NCBI GenBank assembly: GCA_963761305.1 | Contig: CAVXGK010000002.1 | Coordinates: 2,016,001-2,080,000, forward strand | Length of the DNA: 64,000 nucleotides | Direction of reading: 5' to 3' | Origin: an uncultured Gemmatimonadaceae bacterium | GTDB taxonomy: Bacteria > Gemmatimonadota > Gemmatimonadetes > Gemmatimonadales > Gemmatimonadaceae | Part shown: piece by piece, positions 47,774 through 57,599 of the stretch | Numbering within the stretch: position 1 is the first letter of the stretch | Layout of the letters: the number at the start of each line of letters is the position of its first letter | Translations under genes and position numbers: made by a program | Notes under the pieces: generated by a model | Told to the model about the DNA's origin: nothing | Database searches by the model: none | Seen by the model: the letters and a program-made list of their open reading frames with translations, nothing else

Positions 47774-48259
47774 ATGCAAACGATGCGACGCTGCACGATG
47801 CTCTGCTCCGCCCTCCTGGTCCTTGCCGCGTGCAGCAAGAGTGAACAAGCGGCGGATACGACGAAGACCGCTGCCGCCGCCGCTCCCGCGCCGGCTCCAG
47901 CTCCGGCAGTGACGCTCGCCGATTTCGCCGGCAAGTGGGCCGTGGTCGCGACGCCCGAATCAGGAACGGACACGTCGGTCACCAAGTACACGATGACCGC
48001 CACGGCCGACACGACTGGATGGGTGATGGAATTCCCGACCGGCGTGAAGGTGCCGCTCCAAGTCTCGCTGTCGGGCGACAGCGTCATGGTGAAGTCCGGC
48101 CAATTCTCGAGCCAGCGGCGCAAGAAGGTCAAGGTGTGGACCGAGGGCGCGGCGAGAATGCAAGGCGGCAAGTTCGTCGGCGAAACGACGGCGCACTACA
48201 CCAACGCCGGGGCCGACTCGGTGCTCAAGCTGCGAATCGAAGGCAACAAGATGCCGTAA
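47774..48259 (+). CDS. Hypothetical lipoprotein
   Basis: LAAC lipobox, PA-rich linker, LADFAGKW beta-rich domain. Confidence 0.78.
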   Translation: MQTMRRCTMLCSALLVLAACSKSEQAADTTKTAAAAAPAPAPAPAVTLADFAGKWAVVATPESGTDTSVTKYTMTATADTTGWVMEFPTGVKVPLQVSLSGDSVMVKSGQFSSQRRKKVKVWTEGAARMQGGKFVGETTAHYTNAGADSVLKLRIEGNKMP

Positions 48260-48350
48260 GGCGGCCGTCGGTCGGCGCCCGTTTCGCTTGCAACGGGCGT
48301 CCGACCCAGACGGTGGTGGTGAGCTTGCCAGCGTGCCATGTTGAACGCTG

Positions 48351-51128
48351 ATGACTTCACCCAATTCGCCCATCCCCCTCCGCTTTCGCACCGGACCGCG
48401 CCTCGGCCGACTGCGCTGGGTCGTGCTCGGTCTCGTCGCCGCGATCCTGTTCGACGTCCTCGTCGCCCCATGGCTGGCCAGCGTCGCGACTGACTGGCTG
48501 TGGTTCCGCGAAATCCATTTCGAGTCGGTGTTCCTGACGTCGTTCGAGGCGCATGCGGTGCTGTTCGTCGCCGGAGCTGTGGTCGCATTCGCGTTTTTGT
48601 ACGCGAACATCTCGTGGGCGCGGCGCGGCTGGGTCGGCACGTCGGCCTTCGTGCATCCCAGCGGGCTCCAGGTCGAGCTCGCGAGGCTCGTCCCCAAGCT
48701 CCTCACCGGCGTTGCGCTCGTCGTCGCCTTCATCGCCGGTGTCGTCGCGTCGGCGCAGTGGATGACCATTCTTGCGGCGATTCACGGCGCGAGCGTGGGC
48801 GACGTCGATCCGGTGTTCGGACGCGACATCGGCTTCTACCTGTTCCAATTGCCCGCGCTCTCCGGCGCGCTCACCGCTCTCGCGGTGCTCACCGTGCTCG
48901 CCATCGTCGGCGTCTCGCTGGTGTATTTCGCCGATGGGGCGCTCTCGTTTGACCAAGGGCCGCGGCGCGCGTCGATCGACCGGGGTCCGTCGCGTCACGT
49001 CGGTGCACTCGTCGCCCTGCTGTTCATCGTTGTCGCGGTGCAGCTCTGGGTCGTCGACGCGGCAGGCATTCTCGGCTCGACCACCGGCCCGTTTGCCGGC
49101 GCCAGCTTCTCCGACGTCCACATCCTGCTCCCTGGTATTCGCGTCTCGGCGATTGCCGCCCTCGTCGCCGCCGGACTCGTCGTGTACGGAGTGGTTCGCG
49201 ACAAGCTGCTCTGGTACGGCTTCCTGGGCATCGTCGGGTATGCGGTCGTCGGCGTCGTGTCGCGCGGTCTCTTGCCAGCGGCGGCGCAGCGGTTCGCGGT
49301 CGCACCGAACGAGCTGTCGCGCGAGCGTCCATACCTTCAACGCCATATCGCGGCGACGCGCCGCGCGTGGCGGCTCGACAGCGTCGTCACGCGCGATCTC
49401 GAGGGCGACGTCCAGCTCAGCATGGCCGACGTGCGCGCCAACGGACCGACCATCGACAACGTGCGCCTCTGGGAGCGCGATCTCTTGAAGCAGACGTTCG
49501 GCCAGCTTCAGGAAATCCGCACGTACTACGACTTCGCGTCAGTGAGCGACGACCGATACATGATCGACGGTCGCTATCGCCAGGTCCACATCTCGGCGCG
49601 CGAGCTCAACACGGCCTCGCTGCCTACGCGCAACTTCATCAACGACCGTCTGACCTTCACGCATGGCATGGGCATCGCCATGGCGCCGGTGAATCAGGTC
49701 ACCGCCGAGGGACTGCCGGTGCTGTTCATCAAGGACCTGCCGCCCGTGTCGACCATATCGATCAAGGTCACGCGGCCGCAGATCTACTACGGCGAGCTCA
49801 CCAACAGCTACGTCTTCGTCGGCACCGGGCAGAAGGAGTTCGACTACCCTGCCGGCGAGAAGAACGTCTACACGAACTACACCGGCAGCGGCGGTGTCCG
49901 CGTCGGCTCGTTCGTGCGGCGAGCGCTTTTCGCCTGGCAGTTCGGGTCGACGGACCTCCTGCTCTCGTCGTATCTCTCGTCCGACGCGCGCGTCCTGTAT
50001 CGCCGCAACATCGTCGAGCGCGCGAAGACCGCGCTGCCGTTTCTCGATTTCGACGCCGAGCCGTATCTCGTGGTCAGCGACTCGGGGACGCTGAAGTGGA
50101 TCCTCGATGCGTATACGTCGAGCCAGAATTGGCCCTACTCGCAACCGACGGAGAACGGCACCAACTATCTGCGCAACAGCGTGAAGGTCGTGATCGACGC
50201 GTACGATGGAACCGTCGACGCCTACCTCGCGGATCCGGGCGATCCGGTCATTCGCACCTACGCCGCGATCTTCGGCAAGATCTTCAAGCCGCTCACCGCG
50301 ATGCCGGCCGACCTCCGCGCGCACCTGCGCTACCCGGGCGACCTCTTCCGGCTCCAGACGACGCTCTACGCGCGGTATCACATGGTGGAACCGGATGCGT
50401 TCTACCATCGCGAAGACCAGTGGCAGTACCCGACCGTCGAGCAGAGCGCGGCGAACGCGAGCCCGTTCATGCGCCACATCATTCTGCGATTGCCCGGCGA
50501 GGCGAATCCGGAATTCATCTACATGACGCCGTTCACGCCGCAGGGGAAGGACAACCTCGCGGCCTGGATGGCGGCGCGCATGGACGGCGACAATTATGGC
50601 AAGCTCGTCGTATATCAGTTTCCGAAACAGAGCCTCGTCTACGGCCCGAAGCAGATCGTCAACCGCATCAATCAGGAGACGAGCATCTCGCAGCAGCTCA
50701 CGCTGTGGGACCAGAAGGGTTCGCAGGTCATCCGCGGCGAGCTGCTCGTCATTCCGATCCGAGGCTCACTGATCTACGTGCAGCCGCTGTATCTCCGCGC
50801 CGAAGGCGGATCGATTCCGGAGCTCAAGCGCGTAGTCGTCGCCCACGAGGATCGCGTGGCGATGGGCGAGACGCTGGAAGAGGGCCTGGGTCTTCTGTTC
50901 GGCTCGGCGCCGGGCGGTGCCCCGCCACGGCCGACGCTCGCCGGAGATTCGACCGCCGGCACGGCGACGACGACGAGCGTGACCGCAATTCCCGCCGACA
51001 TTTTACGTCAGGCGCAGCAGCACTACGATCGCGCGCTCGCGGCACAACGCGCCGGCGATTGGGCGACGTATGGTCGCGAGATCGATCAGTTGGGCGCGGT
51101 TCTCAGACAAGGGGAAAAGCGAAAGTAA
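48351..51128 (+). CDS. UPF0182-family membrane protein
   Basis: DWLWF, DPVFGRDIGFYLFQLP, NVRLW, QEIRTYYDF, NYLRNSVKVVIDAYDG, PELKRV. Confidence 0.93.
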   Translation: MTSPNSPIPLRFRTGPRLGRLRWVVLGLVAAILFDVLVAPWLASVATDWLWFREIHFESVFLTSFEAHAVLFVAGAVVAFAFLYANISWARRGWVGTSAFVHPSGLQVELARLVPKLLTGVALVVAFIAGVVASAQWMTILAAIHGASVGDVDPVFGRDIGFYLFQLPALSGALTALAVLTVLAIVGVSLVYFADGALSFDQGPRRASIDRGPSRHVGALVALLFIVVAVQLWVVDAAGILGSTTGPFAGASFSDVHILLPGIRVSAIAALVAAGLVVYGVVRDKLLWYGFLGIVGYAVVGVVSRGLLPAAAQRFAVAPNELSRERPYLQRHIAATRRAWRLDSVVTRDLEGDVQLSMADVRANGPTIDNVRLWERDLLKQTFGQLQEIRTYYDFASVSDDRYMIDGRYRQVHISARELNTASLPTRNFINDRLTFTHGMGIAMAPVNQVTAEGLPVLFIKDLPPVSTISIKVTRPQIYYGELTNSYVFVGTGQKEFDYPAGEKNVYTNYTGSGGVRVGSFVRRALFAWQFGSTDLLLSSYLSSDARVLYRRNIVERAKTALPFLDFDAEPYLVVSDSGTLKWILDAYTSSQNWPYSQPTENGTNYLRNSVKVVIDAYDGTVDAYLADPGDPVIRTYAAIFGKIFKPLTAMPADLRAHLRYPGDLFRLQTTLYARYHMVEPDAFYHREDQWQYPTVEQSAANASPFMRHIILRLPGEANPEFIYMTPFTPQGKDNLAAWMAARMDGDNYGKLVVYQFPKQSLVYGPKQIVNRINQETSISQQLTLWDQKGSQVIRGELLVIPIRGSLIYVQPLYLRAEGGSIPELKRVVVAHEDRVAMGETLEEGLGLLFGSAPGGAPPRPTLAGDSTAGTATTTSVTAIPADILRQAQQHYDRALAAQRAGDWATYGREIDQLGAVLRQGEKRK

Positions 51129-51327
51129 CGAAGAGCGAGAGTAACAGGAGAAAAGATCGAAGGTAACGAAGATCGAAGGTAACGAAGATCGAAGGTAACG
51201 AAGATCGACCACGACGAATGCGAACGCGCTCCTCGCCGTGCCGCCGTTCTCGCGTGTCTTTAGCTTCGCTCCTTGTTGGCTTCGCTCCTTGTTGGCTTCG
51301 CTCTTTGTTAGCTTCGCTCTTTGTTAG
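51119..51327. repeat. Palindromic repeat element: 3 x GATCGAAGGTAACGAA left arm, 4 x GCTTCGCTCYTTGTTR right arm
   Basis: Seen directly; 16-nt units related to the 33.4 kb and 53.5 kb arrays. Confidence 0.88.
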
Positions 51328-51362
51328 TCAAGCGCGGCATGATCGCTGCGCTGGGCACGCTT

Positions 51363-53306
51363 ATGTCCGCTGTGTGCCTCATCTACCATGGAACACAGCG
51401 CGCGCCTGACGAGTTGGGAGCCGCTCTCACCGCCGAGCAGCGCGCGAAAATCCGTTGGCGTCCGGCGAGCGAACTGTTGGCCAAGACGCCGACCGCGGAT
51501 GCGCCTGCCGTCCTTATCGCGGACAGCGCCCTCCTCCGGGAACACGATGAGTTGCGCGCGTTGTCCCAGCATGTGGTGATCGTGGCGGCGGACGCCGCTG
51601 CGGCAACGACGCTCGGTCGACGAGCCGACGTCGTGATCGCCGGCGTGCGCGACGATCCGGCCAGGGCCTCGCTGATCGAAGCCGCATGCCGGCTCGCCGC
51701 CTCGCGACTCGAGGCGGCTGCCCTGGAGCACAAGCTCGTCCGCGGCGACGACGAGTTTCGCGAGCTGTGCCGCGTCGTCACGGCGCTGATGCACGAACGC
51801 GATCGCACGGCGTTGTTGACCCTCATCGTGCGCTTCGGAAAGTCGATCGTCGAGAGCGACGGTGGTGGCGTGCTGCTGCTCGAGAACGACGCGCAGGCGG
51901 GCGCACGCCTTCGCCCATTCGTCTTCGAGCTCGACTCCCTGCCGGGCCTGCGCCTTCCGACCGTGAGCTTTCCGGTCGGCAACAAGAGCATGGTGGGGTA
52001 CGCGGCCTTTTCCCGGGAACCCGTCGTCGTCGCCGACGCCGAGGCGCTACCGCCCGACGCCGCGTTCGAAGCGAACGCGGACTTCGAGCGCCGTTACGGC
52101 TATCCGGCGCGGTCGATGATGGCCGTGCCCATGCTCACGCAGCGAGACGAGGTCCTCGGCGTCGTCTTCTTCATCAACCGCAAGACGGATCCCCGCGTCT
52201 CGATCATGGCGCACGAGGACGCAGACCGGTACATCGTTCCGTTTTCGGATCGGCATCTTCGGCTGGCGCGCTCGCTCGCGAGCATGGCGGCGGTCGCGAT
52301 CGAGAACGCACGACTATACGTCGAGATCGAGCACATCCTCGAAAGTCTCGTCAAGGCGGCCGTCTCCGCGATCGACGCGCGTGACCCAACCACCGCCGGC
52401 CACTCCGTTCGGGTGGCGACGCTCACCACCGGCCTCGCCGAGGCGGTCCAGCGCGCGGGTCGCGGCGCGTACCGCGACCTGCGGTTTTCGCACGAACAGA
52501 TGCGCGAGCTGCGGTTCGCCGCGCTGCTTCACGATTTTGGAAAGGTCGCGGTGCGCGAGGATGTGTTGACCAAGGCGAAGAAGCTTCCGCCCGTGCTCTG
52601 GGAACGCGTCGAGTCGCGTTTTCGACTGATCCACCTCACGCTGGAGCGCGACTACTTCAAGCGTCGTGCGGGTGAGTGTGGCCGCGGCGCCGGCGAACTC
52701 CCGGACTCGACGCGTTCGCCGGCGGAGCTCGCGGAGCAGCTGCGCGACGTGGACCGCCAGTTGGAGCTCGTGCGCGCCGCCAACGAGCCGTCGATGCTCG
52801 CCGCGCCGCAGAACACCGCGTTGATCGAAATCGCCAAGCGAACCTTTCAGGCTGACGACGGCCGTTGCGCGCCGTATCTCACGCCGGACGAGCTACGCTA
52901 TCTGCAGCTGGCCCAGGGAACGCTCGACGAGAAGGAGCGCGCCGAGGTCGAGTCGCACGTCGAGAAGACGGCCATGTTTCTCGAGCAGATTCCGTGGACG
53001 AATGATCTCAAGGATCTCGTCGTCTACGCGTCGGGTCATCACGAGAAGTTGAACGGCACCGGCTATCCGAACCATTTGAGGAGCGACGAGATCCCGGTGC
53101 AAACGCGCATGATCACCCTCGCCGACATGTTCGATGCCCTCACGGCGAACGACCGCCCCTACAAGCCCGCGATGGACGCCGAGCGCGCGCTCGCGATCCT
53201 CCGCGCGGAAGCGGACGCCGGCCTGCTCGACCGCGACCTGGTGGAGATCATGACGGAGAGTCAGGTCTACCGGACAATTCTCGACGAGGATTGGCGAAGG
53301 CTCTAA
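51363..53306 (+). CDS. GAF + HD-GYP cyclic-dinucleotide phosphodiesterase
   Basis: GAF (SMMAVPM..AAVAIENARL), TAGHSVRV, LLHDFGK, HHEKLNGTGYP, DRPYK. Confidence 0.92.
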   Translation: MSAVCLIYHGTQRAPDELGAALTAEQRAKIRWRPASELLAKTPTADAPAVLIADSALLREHDELRALSQHVVIVAADAAAATTLGRRADVVIAGVRDDPARASLIEAACRLAASRLEAAALEHKLVRGDDEFRELCRVVTALMHERDRTALLTLIVRFGKSIVESDGGGVLLLENDAQAGARLRPFVFELDSLPGLRLPTVSFPVGNKSMVGYAAFSREPVVVADAEALPPDAAFEANADFERRYGYPARSMMAVPMLTQRDEVLGVVFFINRKTDPRVSIMAHEDADRYIVPFSDRHLRLARSLASMAAVAIENARLYVEIEHILESLVKAAVSAIDARDPTTAGHSVRVATLTTGLAEAVQRAGRGAYRDLRFSHEQMRELRFAALLHDFGKVAVREDVLTKAKKLPPVLWERVESRFRLIHLTLERDYFKRRAGECGRGAGELPDSTRSPAELAEQLRDVDRQLELVRAANEPSMLAAPQNTALIEIAKRTFQADDGRCAPYLTPDELRYLQLAQGTLDEKERAEVESHVEKTAMFLEQIPWTNDLKDLVVYASGHHEKLNGTGYPNHLRSDEIPVQTRMITLADMFDALTANDRPYKPAMDAERALAILRAEADAGLLDRDLVEIMTESQVYRTILDEDWRRL

Positions 53307-53308
53307 CG

Positions 53309-53656
53309 CGAACGGCGAAGGTGACAAACGGCGAAGGTGACAAACGGCGAGACTAACGAAGAGCGAAGGTGACGAACGCCGATAACGGCGAACCGGCGAG
53401 CCGCGCCGTTCGCCGTCTCGCTCTTCTCGGAGTTCGTCACCTTCGCCGTTTGTTAGTTTCGCGGTTTGTTAGTTTCGCGGTTTGTTAGTTTCGCGGTTTG
53501 TTAGTTTCGCGGTTTGTTAGTTTCGCGGTTTGTTAGTTTCGCGGTTTGTTAGTTTCGCGGTTTGTTAGTTTCGCGGTTTGTTAGTTTCGCCGTTTGTTAG
53601 TTTCGCCCTTCGTTAGTTTCGCCCTTCGTTAGTTTCGCCCTTCGTTAGTTTCGCCC
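53309..53656. repeat. Palindromic repeat element: AACGGCGAAGGTGACA-type left arm plus 13 x 16-nt TTYGTTAGTTTCGCSS (53449-53656)
   Basis: Counted directly: 8 x ..CGCGG, 1 x ..CGCCG, 1 x ..CGCCC, 3 x TTCG..CGCCC. Confidence 0.93.
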
Positions 53657-53662
53657 TCCGGC

Positions 53663-56398
53663 CTACTCCTCCCGCAGCGCCCCGATCGGATCGATGCGCA
53701 TCGCCCGCCGCGCCGGAACGAACACCGCCGCGACCGCGCTCGCGACCAACACCGCCACTGCAACCGCCAGCGACGCCGGATCGCTCGAGATGTCGTTCAG
53801 ATGGTGCTCCAGAATCCGAGCCGCGCCCATCGAGAGCGGCAGCCCGACCACCACGCCGGCCGCCACCGGTCGCAACCCGTCCCGCATCACCAGTCGCGCG
53901 ATGTCCGCTCGCCGTGCGCCGAGCGCGATGCGGACGCCGATCTCGCTGGTGCGACGTGCGATGCTGTAGCTCGTCACGCCGAACAGTCCGATCGCCGCGA
54001 GCAGCAGCGCCAACGCACCAAGCCCCGTGGCCAAGCGCGCCACGAGACGCTCGTCCCGAATCGACAGGCGAATGAGCTCCGTCACGGGCTCCAAGTCGTC
54101 GATCGCGATCGAGCGATCGGTTTCAGTGATCGCGCGCCGCACGAGTTGCACGAGCGCCGACGGATCGCCCGTCGTGCGGACGAGCAGCCGCAGCTGCTTC
54201 GGCTGGCCGAACTTCGTCGTGCCGCTTTGATGGAGATACGGGATGTAGATGCGGCGCGCCGCGCCGGGGGCGCCGGTCGTGTCGAGCGACTGCCCCCGCA
54301 CGTCGGCGATCACGCCGACGATCTGGACGGCGCTCGAGTCGTCGAAGCGAACGAGCCCGCCGACGGCATTGCCGCCGGCGAAAAAGAATCGCGCGAACGA
54401 CGCGTTGACGAGCGCGGTGTGCGGCGCGACGCTCTCATCGACCGCGCCGAGATCCCGTCCCGCGACGACGCGCGCGCCGAGCGCCGCCGCGTAGCCGGCC
54501 CCTACCTGGTCCGCCGCGGTGACTGTGTCTTTCGGTGTGCTCACCGCGTGACCGGCGACGTGAATGTCGGTGTGCCATTCGGTGCCGCTGAAGATTCCGT
54601 TCACCGAATACGACACGGCGCTCACGCCGGGAATCGCCACGAGCCGGTCACGGAGCGCGTGTACAGCGTTGGCGAGCCGCGCGTCGGCGTAGCCCGGCGT
54701 CGCTACGTCGAGCTCTCCGACGATCAGATGATCGCGGTCGAATCCAAGCGGGATCGACTCGGTCCGTCGCAGACTCCCGGTGAGGATAGTCGCGCCCGCC
54801 AGCAGCACGAGCGACAGCGCCGCCTGCGCGGCGATCAGCACTGTGCCGAACCGCGCGCCGTGCGTCACCGAGCGCCCGGTGGAACGCAGCGTCGCCGCCA
54901 GATCGACGCGCGACGCGCGCAGGGCCGGCGCCAGCCCAAAGAACAGCACCGATACTATAGACAGGCCGAACGTGAACGCCAGCGTGCGTGGCGTCGGGCC
55001 GAGCGATACCGAGATGGGACTGCCCTCCGACGCCATCGCCACGAGCGCGCGACTTCCCCACCACGCGACGAGCAGTGCCGCCGCGCCGCTGACGAGAGCG
55101 AGCAGCAGACTCTCGGTGAGCAATTGTCGCACGATCCGCGCGCGGTTGGCGCCGATCGCGATGCGCAGCGACATCTCTCGCCGCCGCGCGACGCCGCGCG
55201 CGAGCAGAAGGTTGGCCACGTTCACGCAGACGATCGCGAGCAGCAGCGCCACGCCGAGCATGAGCGCGACGAGTGGATTCCCGAACGTGTCTCGGACGCT
55301 GGAGAGCCCACGCGCGCCGGACGCGAACGCGAGTGTGAAGCCGCGCTCCTTGATCTCGCTCAGCTCGTCCGGCGGTGCCGCCGCACGAATCGCCGCTTCG
55401 ATGACGGGCGACGTCGCCGCGCGCACCTGCGCCAGCGTCAGGCCAGGCTTGGCGCGCCCGATGAGCATGAGCCACATCATTCGGCGGTCGGCGAGGATCG
55501 CGTTGTTCGGATGGAAACGGTCGCGGAGTCCCACGGGCAGCCAGATGTCCGTCCGTTCGCCGACGACTTCGCCGGTGAACCCGGCCTGCGCCACGCCGGT
55601 GATGGTCACCCGAATGCCGTCGATGCGCACGTCGCGCCCGACGATGGACCGATCCTGATGGAAGCGACGCGTCCAATACTCGTGGCTGATCGTCGCCTCC
55701 GCCGGTGCACTCGCGTCGTCAGCCTGCGCGTCGAGCGTGCGCCCGGCCGCGGCGCTTACGCCGAGAACGGCGAAGTAGTTGCCCGACACCAGCCGGCCGT
55801 GAGGATGCTCCGGCCCCGTCGCCGACTCGGCGAAGTATGCATCGACGCGGTCCGACACTCCGACGGCAGCGAGCCCGTCGAAGGAACCCGCGTTTTTGCG
55901 CACGTCGAGGTACAGCGGATACGAGTACATGAGACCATCGGGCGTGCCGTGGCCGCGTGAATCGACGTAGTGGGGGTCGCCGACGACGACCAGCCCTTCA
56001 GGATTCCTGACGGGCAGCGTGCGCACCAGCACGGCGTCGACGAGCGAGTAGATCGCCGCGTTGGCGCCGATGCCGAGCGCGAGTCCGCCGATCACGAGTC
56101 CGGCGAGGGCGGCGTTCCGTCGAAGTGTCCGGATGCCGTAGGCGACATCCTGCCGAATCTCGCCGGCGATACGCCGGCGGCGGCCCGCTGTCTCTCGTTC
56201 TCGATCGAGCAGGAGCATGTCGCCGCGAACGCCGTGCACGTCGCCGAACTGTCTCAGCGCCGCCGCGCGCGCGTCCTCCGGCGACATGCCGCCGGCGACG
56301 AGCGCGTCGATGCGCGTTTGGAGATGAAACAGGATCTCGTCGTCGACTTCGCGAACGAGGCGAAACCGGCTGAACGGAATTCGGAACACTCGGCGCAC
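53663..56398 (-). CDS. ADOP-type duplicated MacB/FtsX ABC permease with prefix domain
   Basis: EVDDEILFHL..ALRQFGD; LALGIGANAAIYS; IDPIGALREE. Confidence 0.93.
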   Translation of the reverse strand: MRRVFRIPFSRFRLVREVDDEILFHLQTRIDALVAGGMSPEDARAAALRQFGDVHGVRGDMLLLDRERETAGRRRRIAGEIRQDVAYGIRTLRRNAALAGLVIGGLALGIGANAAIYSLVDAVLVRTLPVRNPEGLVVVGDPHYVDSRGHGTPDGLMYSYPLYLDVRKNAGSFDGLAAVGVSDRVDAYFAESATGPEHPHGRLVSGNYFAVLGVSAAAGRTLDAQADDASAPAEATISHEYWTRRFHQDRSIVGRDVRIDGIRVTITGVAQAGFTGEVVGERTDIWLPVGLRDRFHPNNAILADRRMMWLMLIGRAKPGLTLAQVRAATSPVIEAAIRAAAPPDELSEIKERGFTLAFASGARGLSSVRDTFGNPLVALMLGVALLLAIVCVNVANLLLARGVARRREMSLRIAIGANRARIVRQLLTESLLLALVSGAAALLVAWWGSRALVAMASEGSPISVSLGPTPRTLAFTFGLSIVSVLFFGLAPALRASRVDLAATLRSTGRSVTHGARFGTVLIAAQAALSLVLLAGATILTGSLRRTESIPLGFDRDHLIVGELDVATPGYADARLANAVHALRDRLVAIPGVSAVSYSVNGIFSGTEWHTDIHVAGHAVSTPKDTVTAADQVGAGYAAALGARVVAGRDLGAVDESVAPHTALVNASFARFFFAGGNAVGGLVRFDDSSAVQIVGVIADVRGQSLDTTGAPGAARRIYIPYLHQSGTTKFGQPKQLRLLVRTTGDPSALVQLVRRAITETDRSIAIDDLEPVTELIRLSIRDERLVARLATGLGALALLLAAIGLFGVTSYSIARRTSEIGVRIALGARRADIARLVMRDGLRPVAAGVVVGLPLSMGAARILEHHLNDISSDPASLAVAVAVLVASAVAAVFVPARRAMRIDPIGALREE

Positions 56399-56510
56399 GC
56401 GATGCCCTTCCCCTCTATGTCAGATGGGAGTGTAGGAGCCGCCCCAAGCACTCGCAAGGGGTTCGGGATCAGACGGCCGCGCCGAGAGGCGTGCCCGGGT
56501 CTGGAACGGC

Positions 56511-57599
56511 CTACGCGCGTCGGCGAATGGCCAGTCGCGCCAGGAGCTTCGAAGCAACCGGTTCGAGCAGCGGCTTCACCGGCCGGAGCAGCGTTCGCGC
56601 AATTCGGCTGACGCGACTCGCCACGGGACGATCTCGCATCGCGGCCGCCGCGACGGCGGGGTCGAACACGACGTCGACCGGCGGTGCGCCTTCCGCGACT
56701 GAGTCGAGCGCCACCCACGCCTCTCGAAACTTGTCGAAGAAGAACTCGCGGGTTTCGCTCCGAATGGGCGCGAGCTCGGGCGGCCCTACTTCCTGCCCTG
56801 GCTTGACGCCACGGCCAATCGTGGGACTGACGTTGATCTCCCAGGTCTGAATGCGCCCGTCCGTCACGGAATAGTCCATCTGGCCGAAATCGATCTTCGC
56901 GAACGCGAAGATCTCGGCCAGCTGTTCCCGGTGCGGATTGTCCAGCACGTACTGCTTGTCCTCCATCACCAACTCACGTGTCAGGTCCGACGTTTCCAAC
57001 TTGAGCATCCACTCTCGCCCAGCGTTCAAGCTGCGGCCGTGAATCTGCCCGCCAAGGTTGTAGGCCGCGTATTTCCGAAAAATGCCTCGTGCGTCGGCCG
57101 TCGAATGGAACTCGACCACCATCAGGTCGTTCAGCGATTCACCGCGCAACAGCGCCGCGCCCACCGCGTCGTGAACCTGCCCCGGCGTGTTGAGCAGCGG
57201 AGACAGATTGCCGATGTGTTGGCGCTCGCTGCGCACGAACACCGGATAGCGCAGGCTCGCCAAGTCCTCGCCCGGTCTCGCCACGCGGAAATCGTTGCGC
57301 CCCGCCGCGTGCAGTTGCCTGAGCATTTCGAAACGACCCAGCGTGCGTCTGGGCCAATTGAGAATGCGAGATCCGCCCGCGGCGTCGAGCTGGTCACACA
57401 AGCTTGCGACGAGTGCTCGCATCTCAGGCCCCGCCTGATCGATCCCCGCGATGACGTAGGTTGCGCGGTCGAAGCGGCGCATCGCCGGCAGTTGCTCGAA
57501 ATCGATGACGCGAAACCGCTCGACGAACGCCGGCTGCTCCCACGAAAAGAACTCGTCCATCGTGAAACGGCTGGCGGCCGGCAGCACATAGCAAATCAC
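56511..57599 (-). CDS. Hypothetical protein with ATP-grasp-like C-terminal motifs
   Basis: GTG overlaps the symporter TGA; YPVFVR, RKY, DFGQMDY..WEINVSP. Confidence 0.65.
   Translation of the reverse strand: MICYVLPAASRFTMDEFFSWEQPAFVERFRVIDFEQLPAMRRFDRATYVIAGIDQAGPEMRALVASLCDQLDAAGGSRILNWPRRTLGRFEMLRQLHAAGRNDFRVARPGEDLASLRYPVFVRSERQHIGNLSPLLNTPGQVHDAVGAALLRGESLNDLMVVEFHSTADARGIFRKYAAYNLGGQIHGRSLNAGREWMLKLETSDLTRELVMEDKQYVLDNPHREQLAEIFAFAKIDFGQMDYSVTDGRIQTWEINVSPTIGRGVKPGQEVGPPELAPIRSETREFFFDKFREAWVALDSVAEGAPPVDVVFDPAVAAAAMRDRPVASRVSRIARTLLRPVKPLLEPVASKLLARLAIRRRA

Noticed and set aside
33413..53656. CRISPR or telomere-like arrays for the 16-mers
   Set aside because: No spacers; the arrays are internal and intergenic.
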